DNA of 64,000 bases from Eledone cirrhosa (lineage: Eukaryota): NCBI GenBank assembly GCA_964016885.1, contig OZ024750.1:32674001-32738000 (forward strand), written 5' to 3'. The notes below the pieces were generated by a model that worked only from the letters and a program-made list of their open reading frames with translations, did not search any database and was not told the origin of the DNA. Made by a program: the position numbers and the translations under genes. The number at the start of each line of letters is the position of its first letter. The first letter of the stretch is position 1. Of the stretch, positions 38,206 to 51,019 are shown piece by piece.

Positions 38206-39593
38206 TAATAAATATGGTTTTATAAATATGGTTTCCATTTATTTAATATCATTGTATATATGTATGTATAAATATATATATATATATATAAACACACATT
38301 ATTTGTTAAGATGTGTGGCTGAGTGGTAAAAGAATTGGATTCGAAATTGTGAGGTTGTGAGTTTGATTCCTGGGCTTGGGTGATGCATTATGTCCTTGAG
38401 CAAGACTCTTTATTTACCTGGAGTTGTGAACAATAGAAAGTATTAGCAATTGGAAAGACCAACAGAAACATTGTTTCCTCAGTCCGATTTGACGAAAGTC
38501 GATCAACTGTTGATATATGTATGTATGTATATATATATATTTATTTATATATATATAAGTATGTATGTATGTATAATCAACAACATCAATATCATCACTG
38601 TTTAACATCTATTTTCCACGCTCCCATCATTTACACAGGTGAATACATCTTGCATATTTGCTCTGTTTTCAGCTTTGTTTCTAATGTCAAACCCTCTAAA
38701 GATTTAAATCCAGCTTTGTTAATGCCTGTGCTGGTTAAGATGGTTTATGGTTTATGATAGTAATTGTTCATTAACAAAGCTATCTGATTAATATTACTTG
38801 GAGATGTGAATAATTAGGGATTAATATAAATATAGATTGCCTCTATTTTAATTTAACCCTTTTTTAAACATATTTCTAATTAAATAGACTGCTTATGTTT
38901 TTCAATTAATTTTAGAAATAATAGAGAATCTGAAGAATTCAAGAAAATAACTTTTTCAATATTACGCTGATGTTGGAATACTACTTAATAAAAATGTCTT
39001 ACATAAAATTATGATGGGAAGATTTTAATAGAATCTGAACACATTAAAATGGGTAATTTTGTGTCATAAAACCAGGGCAGTTTCAGTAAGGTTAGCAGCA
39101 ATATTTTAAAAGATGTTATAATTGATACTGGGGATAAACTTCCTCAACATATAGTTAGAAACCTGTGGAGTATTGTTTTAGAAATTTATTTTATCTTGGG
39201 ATGTGACAGTGTTAGTAGCTGTTTATGGCTGATGGAATTTACTAGAATTTTATGGTTTAAATGGATGTTCATTATATAACAATATCCAATGGATGTAGGT
39301 CTTTGGTTTTCTGTTTATATCATTATCATCATCATCATTTAACACCCATTTTCCATGCTAGCATATGTTAGACGAGTTGACCCATTGTGAGACAGCCAGG
39401 TCGGGGGATTGTGTATGCTTCACACAGAACTGATTTGGGCCTGGTTTCTACCGCTGGATGCCCTTCCTAATGCCATATACATATATATATAGAGAGAGAG
39501 GGGGGAGGGGAGAGGGTGGAGAAAGAATCATATATCATTTTAGAAACATGTAACATTTTGTACACATACATATAGAGCAAATAATATTCATCT

Positions 39594-39893
39594 TAACCCT
39601 TTAATGTTCAAACTGGCCAAAACCGGCCAGAATTCTCTACCTTTTTCTGTTGAAACTGGCTGTAACTGGTCACTCAAACTGATGTTAAGGTATTGTTCTC
39701 AAAATAAATACTTTCAAAATCTCATAGATTCGATATTATGTCAGATATTTATGTGAGATAAAGCCTTTACCATGAAAATATAATAGTATATATAGAGTAA
39801 TGTGAATGTTATGTGAGATATTTATGTGAGTTAAAGCCTTTACCATGAAAATATAATAGTATATATAGAGTAATGTGAATGCTAAAGGGTTAA
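39594..39893. mobile_element. piggyBac-type MITE with internal tandem duplication
   Basis: TTAA|CCCTTTA...TGCTAAAGGG|TTAA; a ~70-bp segment is duplicated. Confidence 0.8.
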
Positions 39894-40092
39894 AGTATGT
39901 ATATTTTCTTGAATATTATTTGTTCTCTCTCTATATATGTACAGAATGCTATGTGTTTCTCAAACGACATATGATTTTCTTTCTCCATATATCTTATAAG
40001 TTTGAATTATTGATGCTCTGAACCAAGGTTCATTGAGCTAATATATTGAGAAACATGATCATCATACATATTAAATTGATACCTGAATATAG

Positions 40093-40124
<32 letters not shown>

Positions 40125-40453
40125 AATTAATAAAAACAATGAATAAAAACAATGAATAAAAACAAAGAAACAGTTCCTTATATTAAAAAATTCATCATTT
40201 TACGATCGTTTCTAGGATATATATGTGTATGTTGGTTTGTATATCATATAGATCTATGTAAAAATTTGACAAACTATCATAGGGAATATACATACCTACA
40301 CATATATATGCTGTCTTCAGAAATTTATCTTGACTCTGTTTTCCTGTGATTTTCGTTCTAAAAAATTTTTGAATACATCTTCTCTTTTCATGATATTTGG
40401 ATTACATTGGACACTACCGTATATTTTGGTAGATTTATCTACATATATATATA

Positions 40454-40770
40454 TCATCATCACCGTTTTACGTCCGTTCTTCCATGCTAGCATGGGTTAG
40501 ACGGGTTGTCCTGTTGTAGGCAGTGTCTGGTCGGCTGGCCATGCCTTGCTCATACAGGAACTGATTTTGGCTTGATTTCTACAGCTGGATGCCCTTCCTA
40601 ACACCAACTTCATTTACAGTGAGTGCTGGGTGCTTTTTCCGTGGCACCTACACGTCCACTTTACAGTGTGGGCTGGGTGCTTTTTTGCCGTGGCACCTCC
40701 ACGACCACCTTGCAGTGGGAGGGTGTGGGGGCATATTGTCTATATGCTTCAGCTTGTACCCATGGGGGTC
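40454..40770 (-). mobile_element. RTE 3'UTR fragment (family of 8279-8793)
   Basis: Reverse-complement match to 8325-8790. Confidence 0.8.
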
Positions 40771-41042
40771 ATATATTTATGTTTGTGTGTGTTGTATTTT
40801 GGAAGGAAGTACTTAAGTTCATTGTTTAGTTAACAGTTATGGATATGACTTTTTGTTTCTGGTGGATTGTAGATAGTTGGGGTTTATAAATATTTATTAT
40901 GTCATGTATGAGTATAATTGTTATTACTGTGACACCTGGAGATGATTAGTATTGGGAAAGGAATTCAACCATAGAATATTATATACCAGCAAGCAAAGGC
41001 AGACATGAAAACAATGATCTATATATATATATATGTATGTAT

Positions 41043-41375
41043 GCTTAGTGGTTAGAGCATTGGCCTTGCAATCGAAAGGTTGTGAGTTCAATTCTCAGAC
41101 CGGGTGATGTGTTGTTTCCTTGAGCAAGACACTTTATTTCACATTGCTCCAGTTTACTCAGCTGTAGAAATGAGATGATAGGGACTGAGGTCCCTATCAT
41201 TCCACTGCAAAGTGGACGTGGAGGTGCCACAGCAAAAAAGCACCCAGCACTCACTGTAAATGGGGTTGATGTTAGGAAGGGCATCCAGCTGTAGAAATCA
41301 AGCCAAAAATCAGTTCCCGTCCCACCCTTGCTAGCAGGGAAAAAGCGGACGTAAAAATAAAATGAAAAATGAAAA
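41043..41375 (+). mobile_element. CORE-type SINE family A
   Basis: Family match. Confidence 0.85.
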
Positions 41376-41815
41376 AATGTATGTGTGGGGGTTGGGGTTG
41401 GGTGGATGTGTGTGTGAGAGTGTGGATGCATGTGTGTGAGTGTATATATATATGTATATGTGTGTGTGTGTGTCTGCTTTTCCATGGTAGTATGGGTTGA
41501 ATTATTCTTCCGAGGATGTTTCATAGCTGGATGCTCTTTCTGGTGCCAACCTTAATCACCTCTTACCACATACAGTGAAACAGTGTACATATACTAAAAT
41601 CCTTGATGCATGCAATATAAATATATCATCATCATCATCACCATCATCATCATCTTAGTTTAACATCTGATTTCTCTGTGTATTTCAAAAGGCCATAAAT
41701 TGACACAAACGTTAGAGCTGATTGTCAAGCTGTCAATTCTTGGAGAGATCTAAAGGATATATCTGGTAGTTTTATTGTTTGAGGTAAAAAAAACTATATT
41801 TTTAATAACTGTACC

Positions 41816-42099
41816 CAGGGCCAGATTTAATGGGGGTCAAATGGGGAAATTGCCCTGACGTGCCACCTGCAGCTGTAGCAATTTATTTGTGCCCTCAGCT
41901 GGGCTTTTTAGTTTTTGGATGTTTAGAATTTTTTTAAATTTAATATCTGTATGTATAACTTTTCAATTCCAATTACTTATGCCAAGATAACTTTGATATG
42001 TAACATTAGGGGGCTTGCTGTGTATTCTCATTTCTTGTGAATGAGACACCCTCAAAACCTAAAGTGTCCCAGCCTCCCCAATGTCTAAATCCAACCTTG
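41816..42099. mobile_element. hAT-type MITE nested in the DIRS relic
   Basis: 8-bp TSD ACTGTACC (41808-41815, 42100-42107); imperfect TIR CAGGGCCAGATTTA / TAAATCCAACCTTG. Confidence 0.75.
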
Positions 42100-42249
42100 A
42101 CTGTACCCTTAATTCCATAGAAATCAAATGACACTTGGAAGGCCACTATAAATGGAAAAATTCTAACAACCTGGCTCAGAAGAAAGCCACTGTATTATCT
42201 GCTCATCAGAAGTCTGTTGCTATCAGGAAATTAGTTCCTGTGCTCTTCT

Positions 42250-42595
42250 ACCTTTTTTTTTCTTCTTTAAACATATTACTCTTATGAGATTGTAGGGGCT
42301 GTAGTAACATACAGTGATTCTTGGGTATTCTAAACCTGGCAGAACCCATCTCCTCTCTAGGTCTGAATGTAGCCAATTTCTTCCAAAGAAGAAAGAGAGA
42401 GTGATAGAGAGGAAGTAAGAAAATTATATAGAGGAAGGAAAGACCCAGTACTAGACTGGTACTTTTCTTTTTCGACTTCCAAAGGATGAAAGGTAAAGTT
42501 GACATCAGCAGGATTTAAACTCAGAGCACAGACAGTTTGAACAAATCTGCACAGCATTCTATCTGATGTTCTAACGACTGTGCCAACTCTCCCTT
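42250..42595 (-). mobile_element. SINE-B-related element with an alternative RTE-(GAA)n tail
   Basis: Family-B head and core, a CT-rich body, and a tail CAGCCCCTA...AAGAAGA resembling the 15176-15225 LINE end. Related truncated copy at ~52180-52450. Confidence 0.6.
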
Positions 42596-43338
42596 CTACT
42601 TTTAATGATACAAAATATCTCAAGTTTATATGAGAAGATGAGCCTTGGCAATTGAATATTTTGAGTAATGAATTGAGTACTCTTCCAAGATTAATTGCTA
42701 AACTGTTGAAGCCGGTATTTACTTCAATCAGAGAAGTGGAATATTTAGTAATGGGTTACATAGATGATATGCTCAGCTTTGGTTGTGATGAAACAAACTA
42801 AATTTGGCAGTCAATGTTATATCATGGTGATTCTTGACATGGACTCTTAAGCCCAGAAGAGGGTCTGAGAAATGTTTTTTAATGGGCTTGGAGTTGACCC
42901 AAGTAAAATAGGTGGGCTTTGGAATTCTATTTTTTCCATTGGTGTAAAATTATGAAAACACAGAGTGCTTTACTTTATTTAGAATGTAGTCATTAGTCAA
43001 GATTTATATTTTCTACTACATTTTGCTTCTGTCAATGAAATGTATTTTCTGTTACATAAAATTTCTATTTGTGTTTTTAAGGGTCTGAAATATTTTTGAC
43101 ACCAATTATGAGCCACAAGGAAGAAAAGGTTGAGAAACAATGCTATAATAAATCTAATTAATCAGTCAAGGTTTATTGTACATCTTGAAAAATACGTTTT
43201 TGAAACCAACTCAAAAATTGCAATTTCCGTGGTTTCTGTCTGTATACAATTGAAATAACTTTTACACCTTCAGCAGTCAAGAAATACAAATTTATTATGA
43301 AATGTAGAAATATAATCGAATTAAGCTGACTAAAATTA

Positions 43339-44236
43339 GAGCAGTAACTAAGCTCCTAAGTAAATTGTTAACTATTGTTCTGGCTCTACAGCAATATAAA
43401 TCTAATGTGAGTAGTAACTAAGTACCTCGTTGTATTTTTAACTATATTTCCTGCTTTACAGCAATACAGATCTAACGAGGTACCATATTGTATTGTTAAC
43501 TATATTTCTAGCCCTTCAGTAATATAGATCTAATGGGGACTGTAACTAGGTACCTCAGTAAATAGCTAGATATATTTTCAGCTTTACAGCAATACATATC
43601 TAATAGGGGCTGTAACTAGGTACCTTATTGTATTGTTAACTATATTCCCTGCTCTACAGCAATACATATCTAAGGGAGGCTATAACTAGGTACCTTATTG
43701 TATTGTTAACTATATTTCCTGCTCTACAGCAATACATATCTAATGGGGGCTATAACTAGGTACCTTATTGTATTGTTAACTATATTCCCTGCTCTACACC
43801 AATACAGATCTAATGGGGACTATAACTAGGTACCTTATTGTATTGTTAACTATATTCCCTGCTCTACACCAATACAGATCTAATGGGGACTATAACTAGG
43901 TATCTTATTGTATTGTTAACTATATTCCCTGCTCTACACCAATACAGATCTAATGGGGACTATAACTAGGTACCTTATTGTATTGTTAAATATATTTCCT
44001 GCTCTACAGCAATACAGATCTAATGGTGGCTATAACTAGGTACCTTATTGTATTGTTAACTATATTTCCTGCTCTACAGCAATACAGATCTAATAGGGGC
44101 TGTAACTAGGTACCTTATTGTATTGTTAACTATATTCCCTGCTCTACAGCAATACAGATCTAATGGGAGCTGTAAATAGGTACCTTATTGTATTGTTAAC
44201 TATATTTCCTGCTCTACAGCAATAGAAATCTAATGA
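43339..44236. repeat. 70-bp minisatellite (~13 units) within DIRS coding sequence
   Basis: Period 70 (TAATGGGG at 43741, 43811, 43881, ...). Confidence 0.92.
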
Positions 44237-44435
44237 GGAAAACAAAATATCAACCTTTAAACATCACAAATGCCATTATGATTATAATGTATCTATCTGC
44301 TGACGCAAAAAAAGTGATATTTCAATGGTAAGTCATAAACATATATTTGGCATTTTGCCTTATTCAGTGCAGTAAGACTGACCTTGAATTCTACATTGAT
44401 ACTTGTTGTATTGGTTAGAAAGTAACTGGTTTTCA

Positions 44436-44876
44436 CACTCAGGTGACAAACTGATGCTTCTGGCACTGGTTAGAGAGTACACTCAGATGACAAACTGATG
44501 CTTGTGGCACTGGTTAGAGAGTACATTCATGTGACACACTAATGCTTGTGGCACTGGTTAGAGAGTACACTCAGATGACAAACTGATGCTTGTGGCACTG
44601 GTTAGAGAGTACACTCAGGTGACAAACTGATGCTTGTGGCACTGGTTAGAGAGTACATTCATGTGACACACTGATGCTTGTGGTATTTGTTAGAGAGTAC
44701 ACTCATGTCACTCACTGATGCTTGTGGCACTGGTTAGAGAGTACATTCATGTGACACACTGATGCTTGTGGTATTTGTTAGAGAGTACACTCATGTCACT
44801 CACTGATGCTTGTGGCACTGGTTAGAGAGTACACTCAGGTGACACACTGATGTTTGTGGTACTTCTTAGAGAGTAC
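44436..44876. repeat. 44-bp minisatellite (~10 units) within DIRS RNase H
   Basis: Unit ACACTCAGGTGACAAACTGATGCTTGTGGCACTGGTTAGAGAGT. Confidence 0.92.
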
Positions 44877-45981
44877 CTGATCTCCACACTCAAATGACAG
44901 GTAATGGAATGAAAGGAAAGCTTTAAAGCTACAAATTAATAAGATTAATCTCCAAGAATCTGTAGCAGTTAATGTATTATATAATGAAGAATGCACATGT
45001 ACTTTTAAGACGAGACAATACACAGCTGTGACCTATCTGTATAATATATGTGGTTCTAATTCTGCAGAAAGTAATGAAATTGTATCAGCTATCTAGAAAT
45101 GGTACATAGAAAGAAATATCTGAATTACACCTGCACATTTGCCAGGCTGTCTCAATACAGAAGCAGACAAAATATTGGAAAATTCTGAGTATATAATAAA
45201 TGTTTAACAAATAGGCATTTAAACAGATCATAGATATATTCAAATCTCCAAAAATTGATTTAATGTGCTACCAGACTAAGCATTCATCTATTTTGTTTAT
45301 TTCTATATCTTCTATTCCAGACGCAGTGAAATGTATTTGCAAAATTTCTACATCATTCCTCCATTTTGCATGATAGGCGGATGTGACAAAACAATGTTAA
45401 ATGGTAACGATAATTGGCCAAGAAATATATACTTGTTATAGTAAATTGTGCTCTAGATTGTACGATTAAAACCACCATGGTATCAGCTGGACTGGACACC
45501 ATTGTATTTAAGGTCAACCCCCGCACATGACTGTCATCTACCTCAACAATGGAAATGATGACACCAACCATTCAAGAGTTTTGGGGAGGAAATTTAGCCA
45601 GATGATAAAGTGATCAAACTTTCAGGCAGTTTTATAAGCCTTTGTAAGGGGGCTTGTAAAAATATGTTCTCATTTTTAAAGAAATAAAAACTTAAAACTC
45701 AGACTTTATATGCTAAAGATGTTTGTGAATATCAAGTATGTACATTGCATGTAATTATCTATATCTATGTTGGATTTAAAGATGGACACATCTCAAAGGA
45801 ATGGATATGTATGCTTCAATGGTTGACCAAGGACTCTAGAACTCAAATTATGTCAATGCCTCACCACCGCCTCAAAGCATCAGATAGCTCAAGAAGATTT
45901 TGGATGTATGAAAATAAGTATATTTCGACTATGAATATAGTACTTATGATAAACTAAATGAATATCATTATTGCTGTAGAG

Positions 45982-46172
45982 CAGTGGATTGTCAGTATCG
46001 GTAGAGTGTCAGACACCATACTTTGCATCATAGAGTTATGTCCCTTTACATTCTGAGTTCAAATCCTGCCGAGGTTAACTTTGCCTTTCATCCTTACGGG
46101 GTTGATAAAATAAAGTACCAGTAATTTACTGGGATAATTTCTGGCCTTGTGCCAAAAAATAGAAACAATTAT
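45982..46172 (+). mobile_element. SINE family B
   Basis: Family match; ATTATTGCTGTA-type TSD. Confidence 0.8.
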
Positions 46173-46929
46173 TGCTGTACATATTTATATATTTTCACAC
46201 TCAGTACTTTGTAGCTGGTGTTCCCCCAGATAAAATACAAGAAAGTTAGTTGCAAATGTTTACATCTGGTGGGGTTCTTGATGCTGTGTAACTACAGATA
46301 AGGCTTTAAATTCTCATCTTATGCAAAAAGAGATTAAAAGAAAATAGATTAAATTGAAACCTAGTTTGAAATTTGAATAGTATTATATGAATAACTCACA
46401 AGGAGAGATAACATGCTTCCTCTCCAAGGACAGATTGAGTTCTTTTGAGGGCCTAAGTTCATAAAAGATTAATGCCCTCACAAAGTGTGCAAAAAAATTG
46501 TCTAAAAATAGTCTAATGTCTGTCTTGAGGCCAGGGATTCATCAATTTGGTGCTTATCCTGGTTTTCTGTGGCATTAAGCAACTGAAAGTACAAGACCCC
46601 ATTCTGGACAGGTCAGCAGTCTATCACAGAATTAAAATCCCAGCTACCGCTGTTATTCATTTTCAGCTGAGTTTACTGGAGCAATGTGAAATGAAATGTT
46701 TTGCTCAAGAACATAACATACAACTCAGTCCTGGAGTCAAACCCACGATGGTATGATTGTAAGTCCAACACACTTACAACTCGACCACTGTGGAGGAATG
46801 ATAAATACAAATTGAATGTATTAATGTAAATATAATGGTGACTCTTTTCCATTAACTGCATGATCCTTTGGTTATTTTTGATAAAATGTGACACCTTTTG
46901 CATTGATGCATTTCATTCTTTTGCTTAAG

Positions 46930-46974
46930 GGTTAATCCAGCCCTGCCTATCTCACATCCTTACTCAAATTTAGG
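46930..46974 (+). CDS. Candidate 45-nt phase-2 symmetric microexon (VNPALPISHPYSNL)
   Basis: Pyrimidine tract TTTCATTCTTTTGCTTAAG|...|GTAAGT; one frame open; unique sequence. No partner exons found. Confidence 0.35.
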
Positions 46975-47457
46975 GTAAGTTCTTATACATTTAACAGTGA
47001 TGCACTGCTCATACAAAATTTAGATAGTAAATTTACTCATTGTATATACATATAAATGCACTTTAGTCACCATTATTAATAGCTTTCATCCTTACGGATC
47101 GATAAAATAAAGTACTAGTAATGTACTGGGTAATTGCTGGCCTTGTGCCAAAAGTAGAAACAATTATTAATAGCTACCAGTATTAACAGCTACCAGTATT
47201 AACAGGCCATGCATGACAAAGGATCTTATTTACTTCAGTCCATGAGTTCATAAAACAAAGATTAAGTTTCATGTTTGTAAGTTCTTATCTAATGTGTGTA
47301 TTAAACTTATGAGTCACCCCAATGCTACTTTGTATCATACATTGTTTCTTTTTCTTGAATTGATAGATCAGAAATATAACAAACAACATATAACGAATCA
47401 TTAACTTTCAATCAATACACATTTATATCTATCTATCTATATATATAAAGAAACATA

Positions 47458-47506
<49 letters not shown>

Positions 47507-47508
<2 letters not shown>

Positions 47509-47993
47509 TCATCATCATCATCATCAACGTTTAACGTCCGTGTTCCACGCTTGCATGGGTTTGGACGGGGGTTTTCCCACTTGAGGCAAGAGTGATTGTC
47601 TTGCTCGCATAGGACTGTCTGGCAGGTTTTCTACAGTTGGATGCCCTTCCTAACACCAACCACATTTACAGTGTGGGTCTGGGAGGTTTTTACCGTGTTG
47701 CCTACACGGCCACATTACAGCGTGGACTGTGTGTTTTTTTGTCGTGACACCTACACGATCTCATTTGTTTCGGCCTGGATGGTGTGGCACCAACATAACT
47801 TTACATAGAAGGGGGCGGTGTGGATGGGGTGGGGGTGGTGGGACGGGGGTGTATTTTGTTAGAGATGCCTACTGACTGTAGTAGGTTTTACTTTGTATTT
47901 AGGTAAGGCGGGTCTTCTCTATTACTGAGTACCGCCAAAGGTCTCGGTCCAGTGACATTGTCTTGGTGAGGTGTAAGTGTGTGAGGTCGGAGT
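47507..47993 (-). mobile_element. RTE LINE 3' end (same family as 6008-7873)
   Basis: Reverse-complement match to ~7268-7870 without the internal duplication; (TA)n on both sides. Confidence 0.9.
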
Positions 47994-48003
47994 TTATATA
48001 TAT

Positions 48004-48120
<117 letters not shown>

Positions 48121-48818
48121 CATGGGGTTAACTGAACAGAGATGCGCGAACCATTTTATGGTCTGTCAATTGCACAACAGGTGTAAAGAAGCGCTCAATA
48201 ACCTGTATAAATGGTGCAAGTCGGAGCATTATATATTAATAAAAGTTCTGAGGCCATAATCAGTTGAAACAGGGGCCAGCCATTGAAAAAACAACACCAC
48301 GTGTTTGGCTGGCCCCCTGTATCACGAAAAAAAAATCTTTTTCTGGGAAATGATTGCATTTTTTCCAAATTTAAAGGTTTCTTTGGAACTTTCAATGTAT
48401 ATTTTAGGTTTTGCCATTTGAAGAGCTCAGGCTATCATAACTGATAGTCCTCAGTGAAATATGTATAACAGAGTTTTAAATAAACCTGAATATGGCCTCC
48501 GATCTTTTATATATATATATAGGCATAGGACAAGATATACTCATTGCTAGAATGCAAGAATAGAATCCAATATTAACTATTTCATTGTAACAAGTTTGTG
48601 CCTAGTTTTACTGCATTCTGATCTACATGTGACTGATTTGACCTTTATTTGCCTGGAGTCATGAATCAAGCCTACTAATGCACACTTTAAGAAACTATAC
48701 CTTCCCTCTAAAACAGGCTTTCCTCAGCCTAGACAATATAAATCAATAACTATAAATAAATTCTCTCTGCTGGCTGCTGGTCTAACTGCCTGCATATATA
48801 TATATACATACACACATA

Positions 48819-48897
<79 letters not shown>

Positions 48898-49089
48898 TAG
48901 AAGTTGTATTTAGTTTGTTGGAAGTCCGACAAACATAAATGTTTATAACTGATTTAGAGCACTCAACAAATTACTGGAGTAAATATTCAATAATATTAAA
49001 TAAATGGAAACTATATTTATATATTTATATATATATATACATACATATATATATATATTTATATATATACATATATATATATATATATC

Positions 49090-49240
49090 TATCTAAGGCG
49101 GGTAAAATTCCCGAGATCCATGGACGAGTTCTCTCCAGCGGTCTCTGTCCCTCATTATCGCTGCCATGTCCTGCATCTCCAGCAGACCAGTGTCTGTCCT
49201 TAGGGCATCAACATACGTTAACCTTGGTCTTCCTCTTCTA
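49090..49240 (-). mobile_element. RTE-type LINE 3' fragment
   Basis: TRRGRPRLTYVDALRTDTGL...MRDRDRWRELV. Confidence 0.75.
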
Positions 49241-50301
49241 GTGTGAGAGAAAAGAGTACTCAATACCGAAGTAGGATTTAGTTCTTGTCTGGTGACCCTG
49301 TTATAAGCAAGCAAAACTGCAGAGTATTTCTCACTATTTACCCTTATTAAAATAGTGAGACTTCTTACAGACACACATATATACACTAAGGGTGGAGAGA
49401 ACCCTTCAGTTGTGTCAAAAGACATGACAACCACCTCAGTGTCGGTGATTTACATAACAAATGCACCATGTACACCCCAAAGTAGTTGGTAAAAAGCTGG
49501 GCATCCAACTATATAAGATCTGCCATACAAAATGTCAGGAGGACTCTTGAACTGTGTTAAAGACAGGACAATCCCTGTTGTGCTGGAGCCACAATAAACT
49601 GCACTCAGTAGAGAATGGGAAATCTTGTAAGTAAGACACAGCTCTCTGGTCTGCTGGAGCACCTGATAGAATGTGGGAGCATAAGTAAGGGAGATGGAGG
49701 CCCATGGCCCATCTGAGAGATTATTCACCAGCGTACTCAATACTTGGGGTAGTAGAGTGTGGTAATATGAAAGAGTCGGACCCCAATGATAAACTTAAGA
49801 AAATTAACAGGGGACAAGACAACAGACAAAAACAAGTATACACATATATGTATATATATGGATGTGTTTGTGTGTGGAGAGAGAGAGACAGAAAGAGAGA
49901 GGGAGGAAGAAATAAGCAGCAGTTAGCTCTATAGATAGACAGATAGATTGAGAGAGAGAGAGAGAGAGATTGAGAGATAGGTAGAGAGGGATTGATTGAA
50001 AGATAGATAGATAGGTAGAGAGAGATATTGATTGAGAGGTAGATATAAGAATAGAGTTTGTGTTGTCTATAGGAAAAGCTCAAGTTGCCACACAGGTGTT
50101 AGTGTATTCAATTGCGAGTTCATTGACCACTTGATAACTTTCTTTTCTTCAACTCTTCCTACATACTTGTGTTGGCTGATATATAATCATTGATACATAT
50201 GTTACATATAATAAGTATATATATTCTTCTTAATATGTGTATGTATATGCATGAACATATGTGTGTGTATATGTATGAATGTGTGGGTATGCATGAACAT
50301 A

Positions 50302-50441
50302 AATTGCTACAAAGGTAAAGGGGATGCTCTGGAGAGGAGCAATTATAGGGGTATAAAACTGATGGATCGGTTATGAAAGTGGCAGAAAGGATATTAGCAC
50401 AACTAATTAGAGAAAGGGTCAAACTAGATGAGATGCAGTTT
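50302..50441 (+). mobile_element. RTE RT internal fragment
   Basis: NCYKGKGDALERSNYRGIKLMD/..KVAERILAQLIRERVKLDEMQF. Confidence 0.8.
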
Positions 50442-50821
50442 GTATATAATGCAAAGTATAAATACATATAAATATATATATATTAAAGGTATATATTGAG
50501 TTAGGAACTCAAAATAGTCTCTTACAATAAAATAGCTCTAAGAAAGAGATATTTCTGAGCCGTATATTATAATAGAATATAAAAGAAAAACGAACACAGA
50601 TATATACATATATGTGTTCAAATGGTAAGGGACCAGATATATACATATATGTGTTCAAATCGTAAGAGACCAGATATATACATATATGTATTCAAATCGT
50701 AAGGGACCAGATTTGCTAAGGTGAAAAGAATACTAACTATAGACAATTGGTTTTGCCTGTCTCAATTTAAGAAAAAATCAAGAAAATAAATACAAACCGG
50801 AATTGTGGTAACTACCAATCA

Positions 50822-50891
50822 CCCAGACAACTTGGTGTTATTTTGCAATGTTAATTGTGAATAGAATTACCAATTCAAGCTCATCAGTGGG
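50822..50891 (-). ncRNA. Type-I hammerhead motif, probably inactive (GAAA mutated to AAAA)
   Basis: Minus: CCCA-CTGATGA-GC...GC-AAAA-TAAC accaa GTTG-TC-TGGG; all three helices are present. Confidence 0.5.
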
Positions 50892-51019
50892 TGATGAATT
50901 AGTATCCTAGACACTTCTAAGTATATTAAGAAACTGAATAGTGTGCTATATATAATATAGTGCACATGGTATCTTAGCATGTCTCACAAATTTTTTCTTT
51001 TATATTCTATTATAATATA

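Larger units (their letters stand above)
41700..46430 (+). mobile_element. Degenerate, fragmented DIRS1-type (tyrosine-recombinase) retrotransposon
   Basis: Manual translation: KYLKFI*...LPRLIAKLLKPVF...GYIDD (42613-42768); FIVHLEK..KPTQKLQF (~43170-43230); LSADAK...FYIDTC..G* (~44295-44420); HVLLRRDNT/TAVTYL...I*KW...HLPGCLNTEAD (~44995-45168); PKIDL..TRL and FYIIPPF (45250-45366). This is the RT-RNase H-methyltransferase order of DIRS1. Boundaries approximate. Confidence 0.8.
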
